The notes under the pieces were generated by a model, which saw only the letters and a program-made list of their open reading frames with translations, was not told the origin of the DNA and did no database searches. From the NCBI RefSeq assembly GCF_009914755.1, contig NC_060926.1: DNA of 64,000 nucleotides. One strand, 5' to 3'. The DNA is from the human T2T-CHM13v2.0 reference genome, Homo sapiens. Positions 40,701-53,571 of this stretch are shown here, piece after piece; the first letter of the stretch is position 1; every line of letters begins with the position of its first letter. Position numbers and translations under genes: made by a program.

Positions 40701-43040
40701 AAAACCTCTGCTAGGACTGTGCACCTGTGGCTTTGCAGGGTGTAGCCCCCGTGGCTGCTCTCATGGGCTGGGCTGGTGTTGAGTGCCGGTAGCTTTTCCA
40801 TACTGAAGGTGCGAGCTGTTGATGGGTCTATGAATCTGGGCTCTGGAGGATGGTGACCTCCTGCATAGGGGCTCCAAGCCCAAATTTTTCTTCTGCACTG
40901 CCATAGTACAGGTTTTCCAAGAGGCTCAGGCTCTGCCTCAGGCTTCTGTCCGGAAACAGGAGGGGGTGGAGGTGGGTTGGGGACGGATCCTTCACTAATG
41001 ATTAAGCACCATCTTCTTGATGCTGACCTCGTGATAGTGAGTTCTCATGAACTTCCTCATAGTGTTAAGCCACTGGTTGGATGGAGCATGAGCCTAGGGG
41101 CTTGGGAGGCTCTGTATAGATTTTGGAGGATGTATGGAAATGTCTGGGTGTCTAGGCAAAAGCCTTCCTAAAAGGCAGAACCTCATAAGAAACCTCTACT
41201 AGGGCAGTGCAGAAGGAAAATATGGGGTTGGAGCCCCCACACTGGAGGCCACCATCATGAAGACCGCAGATTAATAGACCCCGCAACAGCTTGTACCGTC
41301 AGTGGGTAAAAGCTACAGGCGCTCAACACCAGCCCAGCCCATGAAGACAGCCGTGGGGTATAAACCCTGCAAAGCCACAGGTGCAGAGCTGCCCAAGGCC
41401 TTGGGAGCCCAGCCCTTACATCCCTGTGCCCTGGATGTGGGACAAGGTTTCAAAAAGGGTAATTTTGGAGCTGTAGGATTGAATGACTGGCCTTCTGGGT
41501 TTGGAGTTTCATGGGGCCTGTGAGTCCTTTCTGTGTTTTGTTCTTTCTGGCAAAATTATTCCTTTTGGCTGGGAATGCTTACCCATTGCCTGTATAAGCA
41601 TTGTACCTTGGAAGTAGTTAACTTTCTTTATATTTCAGAGGCTCATGAGCCTAAGGGTCTGCAGCCTTGTGTTAGATGAGACTTTAAGCTTTGAACATTT
41701 GTATAAATGATGAAATGATATAAGACTTTGGGGGACTGTAGGGAAGCTATCATTGTAGTTTGCAATGTGAGAAGGACATGAGATTTGGGGAGCCAGGGAG
41801 AGAATAATAAAATTTAGCTCTGTGTCCCTACCAAAATTCGTGTGGAATTGTAATGGGGAATGTTAAAGGTGGGGCCTGGTGGAAGGTGATTTAATCATGG
41901 TGGAGAGTGGGGGTTGGGAGGTGGGGGATAGGGAGAATGGGGAGATTATGTTGGGGGTGAGGGGTGAAAAGTGATGGTGGCTCCTTCACAAATGATTAGA
42001 CACAATCTCCTTATTTCTGTCCTTGTGATGGTGAGTTCTCTTCATGATTTTGGAGCAGTGAGATTGAATGGATACTGGTCTCCTGGGTTTTGGACTTGCA
42101 TTGGTCCTGTGGTCCCATCTGTGTTATTTTGCTGGGAAATTTCTTCCCGTTGGACTGAGAAAGCTTACCCAATGGGTGTACCATCATTGTGTCTTAAAAG
42201 AACACCCTTTTAAATTCAGGGACTTATAGGCAAAAGGGACTGTAGGCTTGTCTCAGATGAGACGTTGAACCTTTTACATTTGAGTTAATGCTGGAATGAG
42301 TTAAGACTTTTGGCAACTTTTGAAAAGGTGTGATTGTATTTTGCTCTGTGAGAAGGACATGAGATTCGGAGGGGTCAGGGTCAGAATAACATGGTTTGGC
42401 TGTGTTTCCCTACAGAAACTCATGTGAATTGTAATCTTGAATGTTGGAGATGGGGCCTGGTGGAAGGTGATTTAACCATGGATGGGAGGGGGTTGGAATT
42501 GGAAGGAAATAAAGTGGATAGTGTTGGGAGGAGTGGGTTGTCAGTAGGGTGGTGAGAGGATGGTGGGTATTAGGAAGCGGGAGTAGCCTGCTGCAGAGTC
42601 ACATCCTTATGGAAAACCTCTGCTAGGGCAGTGCTCCTGTGGCTTTGCAGGCTTTAGCCCCCATGGCTGCTCTCATGGGCTGGGCTGGTGTTGAGTGCTT
42701 TTGCATACTGAGGGTGCGGGCTGTTGGTGGGCTTATGAATCTGGGGTCTGGAGGATGGTGGCCTCCTGTGTGGGGGCTCCAAGCCCATATTTCCCTTCTG
42801 CACTGCCATAGTAGAAGTTTCCCAAGAGGCTCTGCCTCTGCAGGAGGCTTCTGCCTGGAAACAGTAGGCGGTGGTGTGTGTGGTGGATCCTTCACCAGTG
42901 GTTAATCTTCTTGATGCTGATCTGATAGTGAGTTCTCATGTGATCTGGTTGTATAATGGGCTGTGGCACCTCTTTTCTCTCTGTGTCTTGCTTCTATTTC
43001 TGCCATATGAAACATCTCATTGCCACTTGGCCTTCTGATG
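37727..43040. mobile_element. Rearranged MST (MaLR) LTR and internal fragments with a ~1.92-kb tandem duplication
   Basis: LTR starts of the type cagaataatatggtttggctgtgtttccc at ~39880, 40470, 41800, 42385; MaLR-internal gagactttgggctttggacatt; ~39125-41050 repeated at ~41050-42960. Confidence 0.8.
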
Positions 43041-44340
43041 TGGTTAGGAGGGGCCTGATCAGTGTGGGCCTGCTCAGTGGACCTAGTCAGTTGGGACTTG
43101 GTCAGTGAGGCCTGTTTAGTGGGAGCCTGGCCAGCAGGGGTCTGCTTAGGGAGGGTCTCATTAGGGGGATCCAGTAGTGGGGGTTTTGGCGAGTGGGGAC
43201 CTATTGGCAGCCAGTTGTTTGGTGTCTGGTCAGTGCAGACCTGGGCTGTGGGGCTTGACCAGTGGCGACCTGGTCAGCTGGGCTTAGTGGTGGCCTGGTC
43301 AGCATGGGCTGGGTCACTGGTGACCAGGTCAAGGGCTGCTATTCAGTGGAGGACTGGTCACATGGGACCTAGTCAGCAGGGCCTGGTGGGCTTGTCCTCA
43401 TCAGTGAGGCCCTTGTCAGTGGGGCCCTGATCAGGGCAGCCTGGTCAGTGGAACCTCATCAGTGGGGGCCTGGTCAGTGATGACTTGGTCAGTGGTGGCT
43501 TTTGTACCACTGGTCTACGGGGTGACCTGGTCAGCGGGGACCTGAGCAGTCGGTGCCTGTTCAGTGGGGCCTACTCACTAGGGTCCCAGTCAGGGGCATC
43601 TGCTCACCTCAGGCCTGGTTAGTAGGGGCCTGATCAGTGGCAGCCTGTTCCCTGGAGGCCTGGTCAGTGGGGCCTCATCTGTGGGGCCAGGTAGTGGGGT
43701 CATGATCAGTGGAATCTGATCAGTGATGCCTTGTCAGTAATGACCTTGTCAGTGAGGCCTTGTCAGTGGGGCCTTGTCAGTAAGGACCTGGTCAGTGAGG
43801 CCTTGTCAATAAGGTCCTGATCAGTGAGGTCTCAGTTAGGACCTGGTCCATGAGGCCTTGTCAGTGAGGCCTTGTCAGTAAGGACCTGGTCAGTGAGGCC
43901 TTGTCAATAAGGTCCTGGTCAGTGAGGACTTGTCAGTAAGGACCTGGTCCGTGAGGCCTTGTCAATAAGGTCCTGGTCAGTGAGGACTTGTCAGTAAGGA
44001 GCTCATCCATGAGGCCTTGTCAATAAGGTCCTGGTCAGTGAGGCCTTGTTAGTAAGGACTTTGTCAGTGAGGCCTTGTCAGTGAGGCCTGGTCAGTAAGG
44101 ACCTGGTCAGTGAGGCCTTGTCAGGGAGGCCTGGTCAGTAAGGTCCTGTTCAGTGAGGCCTTGTCCATGAGGCCTTGTCAGTAAGGTCCTGGTCAGTGGA
44201 GTCATGGTCATTGTTGGCCTGGAAGCAGGGGTCTTGTTAGTGGGTCCTGGTGATGGGGATCTAATCAGTGAGGGTGTGGTCAGGGAAGACCTGATGTGTG
44301 GGGTCTGGTCAGCAGGAACCTGGTCAGTGGGGACTGCTGA
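43040..44340. repeat. GC-rich 14/15-bp minisatellite (gaggccttgtcagt / aaggacctggtcagt), homogeneous core 43720-44200
   Basis: Dozens of ggtcagtg / cttgtcagt units visible directly. Confidence 0.9.
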
Positions 44341-44541
44341 GTGCTGCTTGGAGAAGCCAGGTGCATTGCACGTTATCGAGGGCCCTCTGGACAGCTGGGA
44401 TGGCCCAGTGATGCCCAACGGCCTGGTCAAAAGTGGACAAAGCAGTTGTTTGGATGGACCTGGGAGATGTTGCTCAGAGATTCTGACAGGACAAAGGTGA
44501 AGAAAGGGTCAGAGTGTCTGGAGAGATGGTCACAGTCTATG

Positions 44542-45510
44542 GGCTGCACAGGATGGAGAAAGCCAGGGAACAGGCAGGGTGGGCAGTGCGGTGCAGGGAG
44601 AGGTAGGTGCATGGTGGGACGTCAGACCCTGTGAAGGCTGTGAGGGTGTCAGGTGGGTTGGGCTCCAGGTGCACCCTCAGTGCACTGGGTGGGTCTCACC
44701 CCAAGCTCCCTGGACCCCAGCCAGGTGATGTGGTCACTCCCTGGGGGACTGCTCTCAGGTCCCGGCTACCTACCCTGGGCAGCGCTGTCCCATCTCAGGA
44801 CTGGACTTCCTCAGATCCTGTAGAGGGCACAGCCTCCACCCAGGAGGGGCAACCCCATGGTGCAGCCTGAGCTCTCCATGGGCCTGGAGCATCCCCTGCC
44901 AGCCTTGTGCTCCCCATTCTCCCAGGTCCCACTTTTCCAGTGTCAGCCAGCAGGGATGCCCCGTCCTCCCTTCCCCATGTGTCTCCTGGGCTGAAACTTG
45001 TGGCAGATTGGGACAGGGATGGTGCTTCCCTCAGGCCCATTTGGGGAGGGGACTGGCTCCCAGACTGGTGCAGGTCCTCAGCTCTGCCTCGATTGGCTTA
45101 GAGTGAGATGGATCAGTCAGTTCCCTGAAGGTGAAGATAAGAGACTGTCCCTGCTGTTGGGAGGCTAGTCTAGGGATGGAGGACGTAACAGGTCCTCCCA
45201 GGCTGTCAGGCCTGGGCAGCACTGTCTTGTCTTAGGACTCAGAAAGTCCAGTCCTGAGATGAGACAGTGCTGCCCAGGGTGGGTGTCTGGGACCTGACAA
45301 CATTCCCCCAGTGATTGACCACATCACACATCCAGGGTCCAGTGAGCCTGGCCTCAGACGTGCCCAGTACACTGAAGGTGCACCTGGAGCCCGCTCCACC
45401 TGATGCCTCCACAGCCCTCGCAGGGCCTGACCTCCCAGCATGCACCTGCCTCTCCCTGCACCCCAGCTGTCCACCATGCCTGTTCCCTGACTTCCTCCAT
45501 CCTGTCCAGC
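44542..45510. repeat. Diverged ~280-bp inverted repeat (44542-44820 vs 45233-45510)
   Basis: catctcaggactggactt / aagtccagtcctgagatg; gggctccaggtgcacc / ggtgcacctggagccc; cagggaacaggca / tgcctgttccctg. Confidence 0.85.
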
Positions 45511-46542
45511 GGGATGGGATGGACATGGGGACAGCCTGTGTGCACATTTCGTGGCGAGTGGGAGTGACACACCATCTCTGGGAGGCACCATGGTTCCTGG
45601 CAAACCCGATCCCAAGACTCTGTCCTTGAGGTGGTTTTACCAAACCCCAAACCCAGAACTGCAGTTGTGGCTCAGGGGTCAGCTCCTGCTAGTGCCAGGA
45701 CACTACTGGGAGGCTGGGACCCGACCAAAGCCCATGGTGCCTCTGGCCTGAGGACAAGGTGTCTTGGGACCATAAGGCCAGCCCACCAATGGCCATTGGG
45801 GGCTGAGCCCCAAATCATAGGGGCTCAGCCCCAATCTTTGTCCTTCCCTGGCTCCTTCTGGTTCAGTCCCATCAGGGCCCTGGATCCCAAGACTCAGCAT
45901 CCAAGGTCCCCTCCAGGAATCCTGGCAGCTCAGCATACTTTATTCTGTTTCATCTGAGAGCAAAAATGTAAAATTGGATGCACAGAAAAGTGACTCAAAG
46001 TGCTTAATGACTAGAAGAAATCTAGGAGCAGCAAGAAGGTAATGTGGAGGGAGGGACCTCCATGACCGGTGTCTGCAGAGCCAGGGGTACAGGCACCCAG
46101 TGCTGTGGCCTGGCACCACCTGCATCTCAGAGGGTGGGTGGCACACTCCTTACCCAGAGGACAGCAGGCCTGGTCACCAGCTTTTCTACCTGTCCCTGTA
46201 AGCATCACATTGCTGGAGGAAAATCTCATGCCAGAGCTTGGACCATCCCTAGCTCAGGGGTTAGGGGTTGTCCCTTGGTGACCTAAATGAAAAAACAGGT
46301 CCAGAACAGAGTTCCTGATGCTGGACACTCATTCAGTCTTTGAATCGTGGGAGGGGAGGCCTGGTACTAGGTAGACCTAACCTCTTTGAGGAACCACAGA
46401 GCCCAAGGCTGGAAACCTCCAGAATCCTCCACCCCCTGATCCTCCCTGGGGACCCCTGTGGCCTGTCTCACTGAGCACTCTTCCATCTGTAGATGTCTGG
46501 GCTGCTGTACAAGGGAGTCCCCTTTCAGGTGTGGTGCTAGAC

Positions 46543-46899
46543 ATGGTCACTCCTGCTGGATGTCTAGGTGGTAGAAACCAAGGACCTAGGGAAATACCAG
46601 GTACAGCCTTTCCATGCTCATCCAGAGCAGGACAAACAGGCCAGGCGGTGTCAGGAGCCCAGGTCTCCAGCTGGAGGGAACGTCAACCCTTCGGTGGGAG
46701 CAGGGGCCCTTTGCACATCCTAGGCACAGATGGTAATGTAGACACCACAGGTAAGCTGGGCTTGGTACCTACCCCTCCCCGGATTCAGAAAGAAACCAAA
46801 CAAGGAGCTTTGTGCGGAATGAAACCTCCTTTCCTCCCAGAAGCACTGCTGACTGTTTGGTGGTTGCCATTTGTGGCAGTGAGCCTTTGTTTGTTCTGA
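46543..46899 (+). other. 118-codon ORF (MVTPAGCLGG...VAVSLCLF) in the CYP4F pseudogene locus; no P450 similarity, coding status doubtful
   Basis: ORF track 46531-46899; recalled as the putative C2orf14/CYP4F30P translation. Confidence 0.35.
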
Positions 46900-47408
46900 G
46901 GTTGGGCTGGTTTCTCCTCTTGGCCCTGCCCTACAGATCATAAAGGAGAAGAGCAAGAGGTCCCCAGCAAACATCCACAGATGGCCTTGGAAATAAGTCA
47001 CCTTGTGAGAAACATGTCATGTTCTGGGAGGGATAAGGCATCAAGTAAGGCCTATGGGGTTGGAGGATCCCTGGGCAGGTGGGGCAATCCTTGGGGTCTT
47101 CCCATGGGAATAGGGAGGTCCTGAGGCAGAGGCAGGGGTTCCACAGGAGGAGTCACAGAGCTACCAAAGGCTCTCCTGTGCCAGGAAGCAGTCAACACCA
47201 TGAACTGAACACCTGCTGGGCTCCAAGCCCTGGTCCAGGCTGGGGCATGTGGGGCCAGGAGGCAGCTCAGAGAGGGAGGCAGAGAGAAGTGTGCTGAGAG
47301 GGCACCCATTTCTGGGTGTAATGTGGTCCAGAGATTTTGGCTGGGAAGGGCTTCCAGAGTTTCATATGTGTTACGGAGCTGCTTCCTCTCCCTAGCCTCA
47401 CCCTGCAG

Positions 47409-48382
47409 GAATGCCAGTGAACTTATTGCTGACATCTTGGAGCTCAGTACCCTCATAGTGTAACGGCGTCAGCAGATCTGCCTGTGCTGGGACTTCCTGT
47501 ACTACCCATTCCTGAGGGGCAATGCTTCTGCAGGGCCTGTGACTTGGTGCACAACTTCAGACACCATCATCTTGCAGCAGCACCGCACCCTCACTAGCCA
47601 GGGTGTTGATGACTTCCTCAAGGCCAAGGCCACATTCAAGGCTTCGGACTTCATTGATGCGCTTGTGCTGAGCAAGGTGGCTTCTCCGGGATCTTAATTC
47701 AGGAGGTAGAATGGAGCTTGAGATCAAGTGTCTGATCAAGGTACTTGAACTTGATCTGGAGGGCTCTGGGGAGCCATGGAAGATGCTGGATAAAGGAGTG
47801 ACAGTCAGCTATGTTTTCGAGATGACTGTAGAAGCCTGCCTGGAAGGAGTGAACAAGAGCCAGGAGACCAGGGAGGGAGCTTGTGGGGCAGGTCTGGAGA
47901 TGGTGAGGGAGGGATCCTGCTTGGATGAAAGGTCTTCAGGGACTGTCTCAGGTTACACACAGGTGTCCTCAGAGCTAGTGTGTTCAGAGTCTTGCCTCCA
48001 GGATGAAAATGGGAAGGAGTTGTCAGACGAGGACATATAAATGGAGGCTGGCATATTCATGAGTGCTGGTGGTGGTCCCGGTGTGGGACTACTGTGGGAA
48101 CAGGGGTCTCTCCATCCAGGGATATGATGGATGGACCCTACATCACTCCATTCTGCCCTTCCTTTCCCTCCTCCCATTCTCCCGAAAGCCTCAGTGTATG
48201 GGCGCTGTTCATCCTCTGGTGCTGAAGCAGCCAAGAGACCCAAGTCTGCCTGGCTGCCTCTTAGGATATGACAGCAGAGCCAGTGGCCTCTACTAGATCC
48301 TGTACAACCTCACAAAACACCCAGACATCGGGAGTGCTGCCAGCCTGTGATGCAAGAGTCCTAATCCTGAAGACATTGAATG
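47409..48382 (+). pseudogene. CYP4F30P: Unprocessed CYP4F pseudogene fragment, three exons (47409-47676, 48002-48068, 48265-48382)
   Basis: ASELIADILELSTLIV*...RTLTSQGVDDFLKAKA...DFIDALVLSK|DENGKELSDEDI*MEAGIFMSAG|YDSRASGLY*ILYNLTKHP...EDIEW; AG/GT boundaries, stops and frameshifts; symbol inferred from position next to POTEJ. Confidence 0.85.
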
Positions 48383-48857
48383 GTGGGTGCAGGGCCTCAT
48401 GGCCTGTTCCCCAGCCCCTCTCATTGGCTCTGCTCCAGGTGGTGAAGGGGGAAAATGTTTTTGTCAATTCTGTCATGATTGCCTAGCAAGAAAAGGAGCA
48501 GAACCCAGAAGCAGTAAAATCAGTTAGTAAAATCAGTTTTCTTTTCTGAACTACATTTCTGCCATCTCTAATTGAGGGGAATTCCTTCGACTCCACGAGG
48601 TTGCTTGGAGAATGACTGACAGTGTATGTAGAGCAGGTGCCAGCCAGCAGGCGTTTGGTGTCCAGACCACTCTTCCCCCTTGATTTTCTGCCTATATTTT
48701 CATTTTGTTCCCAAGACCCTCACTCCCCTTAATTTTGCTTTTCCCTCTGATTCCCACCTTATCTTCTTTCCCATGGATTCACCAGGATGTAAGTGGGTAA
48801 CAGTCATCTATGCTTGTATGTGTATGTATGTATGTTCTCTGTTGGTGTTGGAGTATG

Positions 48858-48915
48858 GTGTGTGTGTGTGAGAGAGAAAGAATGTGTGTGTGTGTGTGTT
48901 TGTGAGAGAGAGAGA

Positions 48916-48968
<53 letters not shown>
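48858..48968. repeat. Compound (TG)n/(GA)n microsatellite
   Basis: Direct inspection; longest run ~48918-48968. Confidence 0.97.
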
Positions 48969-48970
<2 letters not shown>

Positions 48971-48974
48971 CGGG

Positions 48975-49457
48975 TCACTGAGGGACTGAAACTCTCCACA
49001 CCAGGCTGTGGTCCTGCTCACTGCTGGAGGCGCTGTCAGGGCTCTTGCCATTGACCCTCCAGGTCTCATTCTTGCAGTGCAGGCAGGGCATTCTGGAGGA
49101 ATCATGTCCTTGGAAGAAGCCCTGAGGAGTGACTGGTGTGTATTGGTGGATAAATAACCCAGCTCCCTTGCTCTGGGTGGGATGACTCTGAGGCACATGT
49201 TCTATGCTGTCTCTCAGAGGTACCCGGCAGGGCTGAGTCCTGGCTGCCCACAGTGGAAACTTTCTTGATGAAGGTCCCTTTAACTGCTACATTCCATTCC
49301 TGTCTCAGTTCCCCACTCCTCTACTGGTGTTGCCTGCAATTAGTACTCTAAGGAAGAACTGGCAGTAGAATTACTGTCCTGGAGTCATCTCCAGATAAAA
49401 TTTTTATACTTGAATCTTTGCCTCAGGATCTACTTCCAGGAAACTTAAACTAAGACA
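48975..49457 (+). mobile_element. LTR16-like ERVL solo LTR
   Basis: ggataaataacccagctcccttgctctgggtgggatgactctgaggc...ttccccactcc...aaactaagaca terminus. Confidence 0.65.
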
Positions 49458-50194
49458 CACATTTTTCTTTCCTCCAATCTTCATAGACCTGTCATTCTGC
49501 TGTTTTTACCAAAAAGGATCATGAGGATCAGAGAGGAAAAGTCACTTGCCCAAAGTCACACAGCTGAACAGTGGTGGAGTTCAACTTTGACCGTGGGCTG
49601 TCTGGCCCCAAGGTGTATGCTTGCTTCTCTCCCAAGAGACAACTTTCTTATCAGGCTCAAATGAATGAAAGGAGGATGTTAAAGGTAGGATCTCTGAAGC
49701 CTGTGCCAGTGGAACCGCAGCTCATGGCTGGCACCTGTGTTCTCATTCTTACCTCATTAAGAGTAAAGTTTATTGAGTTTATTGAATTTAAGTATCTTTA
49801 GTGAGATCATATATTATTAGTAAGAACTGGGACCAAACAGATTTTCTGACTCTAAAAGAGAGATTTTCACAGAAACAGATATATACCTGTAAGTATACAG
49901 ACACGCATACACACATTTCTTTACTGCTCATAAAAATTAGTCCTTATTAGAATGTGGGATGTATAAATGTAAGAGAATTTTCATGTTAAAATTGACAGAT
50001 ACATTTTTAAATTGTCCTAAAATAAATTTAATTATTTTTCTTTTAGAATTTTCCATTATTAATGTTATTTTTATGAGAAACTATATAACTTTATTGATAA
50101 TACATACAATAACCCTTTGTTTTTCAAATTGAAAATACAGTGTATTTTGCAAATAACTAAGTCCTAATTTTGTATTAAAATTTTAAATTTTCAA

Positions 50195-50871
50195 TCTTTT
50201 TTATTATTATATTTTAAGTTCTGGGATACATGTGGAGAACGTGCAGGTTTGTTACATAGGTATACACATGACATGGTAGTTTGCTGCACCCATCAACCTC
50301 TCATCTACATTAGGCACTCATCTACATTCGGTGCTACATTATGATGTGGAGAAATAGGAACGCTTTTACACTGTTGGTGGGAGTGTAAATTAGTTCAACC
50401 ATTGTGGAAGACAGTGTAGTGATTCCTCAAGGATCCAGAACCAGAAATACATCTGACCCAGCAATCCCATTACTGGGTATATACCCAAAGGATTATAAAT
50501 CATTCTACTATAAAGACACATGCGCACATATGTTTATTGCGGCACTGTTCCCAATAGCAAAGACTTGAAACCAACCCAAATCCCCATCAGTGATAGACTG
50601 GATAAAGAAAATGTGGCACCTATACACCATGGAATACTCTGCAGCCATAAAAAAGGATGAGTTCATGTCCTTTGCAGGAACATAGATGAAGCTGGAAGTC
50701 ATCATTCTCAGCAAACGAACACAGAAACAGAAAAACAAACACCACATGTTCTCACTCATAAGTGGGAGCTGAACAATGAGAACAAATGGACACAGGGAGG
50801 GGAACATCACATACCAGAACCTGTCAGTGGGTGGGGGGCTAGGGGAGTGGGGGAGGGATAGCATTAGGGGA
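50195..50871 (-). mobile_element. Short L1PA with 5' inversion
   Basis: Minus-strand 3' tail 50195-50314; plus-strand part ~50343-50871 ends at gggggagggatagcattagg, adjacent in consensus; TSD-like attttaaattttcaat / attttaaaattcaatt. Confidence 0.85.
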
Positions 50872-51619
50872 TTTAATAATTTTAAAATTCAATTCTGTTG
50901 AAATGTTTACTCCAAGAAGCAATGTGTTTTTGAGAGCTAATCCTGATATATTCAAATCTTAACGACTTAAGTTGATGGAGTGGACTTCTTTTAAATTAGT
51001 GATTCCCTAATTTACCTGACAGTTGGAATTTCCAGGCCATGTTGAAAATACAGATTATCCAGACTCTTACCTCTGCAGATGTATTTAGTGGTTCTAAAAT
51101 GGCACCCAGGAGTCTGGATTTTTCCCAGGGGCCTTGTGTAATTCACACTGATGACCAGGCAAGTTTGGGAAATTGTGCCTTAAGGAGACTTTTCATTAAG
51201 CAGTCTTCATTTGAAAAGAGGATCATTTATCTTCTAATACCCCATGCTTCCTCTTTCTCCTGCTCTCTTTGTCTCCTGTTGTCTTTCAGTTCCTAGAAGC
51301 TTTAATTGAATGAAAGTTCCTAGTAGATCTGTACCTACTAAAAACCACACTTCTGAAGCTACGTGGCCACCAGAAGACACAGCTAGTCTGCCATGTAAAA
51401 AAGGAAAGGTGGCGTGTGCCCTGAAGGTGCAGGGGTGAGAGCAGGGAAATGGAGACCCCAACAGCCAGCAGCAGTGGCCCTCATCACAGCCCTCCAGGAG
51501 ATATCAAAGGAGGTCAGACCTTGGACAGTAGTCTTGACTTCCTGCTATAGAACACATTGTTAACACTGAAAAAGATGATCTGTTCTAGGGGAATGGTGAA
51601 AGCTGACTCTAGCACTTGT

Positions 51620-51898
51620 ACTTTTTGTTTGTTTGTTTGAGATTGAGTCTTGCTCTTGTTTCCCAGGCTGGAGTGCAATGGGTGATCTCAGCTCACTGCA
51701 GGCTCTGCCTCCTGGGTTCCAGCTATTGTCCTGCCTCAGCCTCCCGAGTAGCTGGGATTCCAGGTGCCCGCAAGTGTGCCTGGCTAATTTTTATGTTTTT
51801 AGTAGAGATGGGATTTCGCCATGTTGGCCAGGCTGTTCTCCAACTCCTGACCTTGGCCAAAGTGTTGGGATTACAGGCATAAGCCATTGTGCCCGGCC
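51620..51898 (-). mobile_element. AluS element
   Basis: Reverse Alu with (TTTG) tail. Confidence 0.9.
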
Positions 51899-53282
51899 TG
51901 TGTTTTTAATTTCATCGTGGCACAGCTTCAAAATGACATCTAAGTAGCTGACATAAAAATGAAAATTCTGTGTACTTTGATATTAGCAGGCTTCAAATAC
52001 AAACCAGAATATGAGTAAATTGTTTCTTAACCAAACTGAATAATTTTCACATTGGCAGGCATTGGCAGGCCATTCAGCATCTGGCTCATGTTTGGGCCAA
52101 GCCGGGTGCCTCATGAAAGTCTGGAGGGAAATACAGAGGCCAATTCTCCATAAGCATTAGGCTCAGAAATATCCTGCTTCCCAGTGAAAAGTTTAAGTTG
52201 ACTTTCACGCCACCTTCATCAAACCGAGGTTGGTCAACACTTTTCACCACTGCCACTGGACACTTTGACTTCCAATTTTGCTACCTGCTCTACAAAGATA
52301 CCCCCTTCCTTCCTTTCCTGCATTCTCCCTACAACCTTGTCTTTTTTTGAGTATATCCACTCTGTCTCATCATTGTCCATCTCTGCTTCCCAAAACCTTA
52401 TATAGTACAGAAATTGGCCAATCAAGATTACCATGTGGAAGAGCATCCATTTACTGAATAAGGTAGCTGGCTCCTGGGGGCAGAAAAGTGATTAGACACA
52501 GAGATAAAAATCATAATCCCTGCTCTCCTGGACGCACTGTCCAGTGGGGAGACAGACAGATGAACAAATACAACTTGATAACTACAACAATCAAGTGAAT
52601 TATATAATTTAGACTGGAGAAAGAGAGAGCAAACGTTATCATAAGACAGTGTGTCCACTACTTACTCTCTAACAGATTTCCTCATAAACCACTAGGCTTG
52701 CCAACTTGTTGAATGAGATAAAATTGGAGGGTCAGGGGAGGGGAAATCCATATGCTTCTTAGTATTTCATTCCATAAATACATAAATAATGAAACCATCA
52801 ATGATATCATCATGTTGATTCAATAAGTTTGAAAGCAAAATTGATAGTAATCTTTGGAAGAAATTGTATATGTGTCTATGTATGTACATACATAGACATA
52901 CATATTGCTTTCTGAAATTTTCAATGACTTTATGCTTCTTCTGAAGCAATTCGAGTTTAGTATTTGAGACCCCTGGGTCAAAACATCTTCTTGAGTATAC
53001 TGAAGAACATTTGGATTAATTTCAGACATGTATTTTGGTTTATATAGTGTTTTTTATCCATGGTAACTTATTTACTGTTTAAAAACATATTGAGAACAAA
53101 CAACAGCAGCAACCCTGAATTGAATGAAAGTCCTGAGAAGGGCTTTGCCCAATCAGTGCATGTGCATGTTTACACTAATCTCCTGTCTGAACCTAGGAAC
53201 TGGCTGAATGAGCTAGCAGATGGCCTGTCTGGCTGCATTATAAATGATAATTTATTTTTATTTGTTTTACTCATTCATTCAT

Positions 53283-53571
<289 letters not shown>

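Noticed and set aside
47711-48040. 109-aa ORF ending DENGKELSDEDI
   Set aside because: Intron sequence running into a pseudo-exon and stopping at a nonsense codon.
49571-49801. PVPVEP resembling FAR2 PCPVEP
   Set aside because: No surrounding similarity or splice context; partly overlaps MIR-like sequence.
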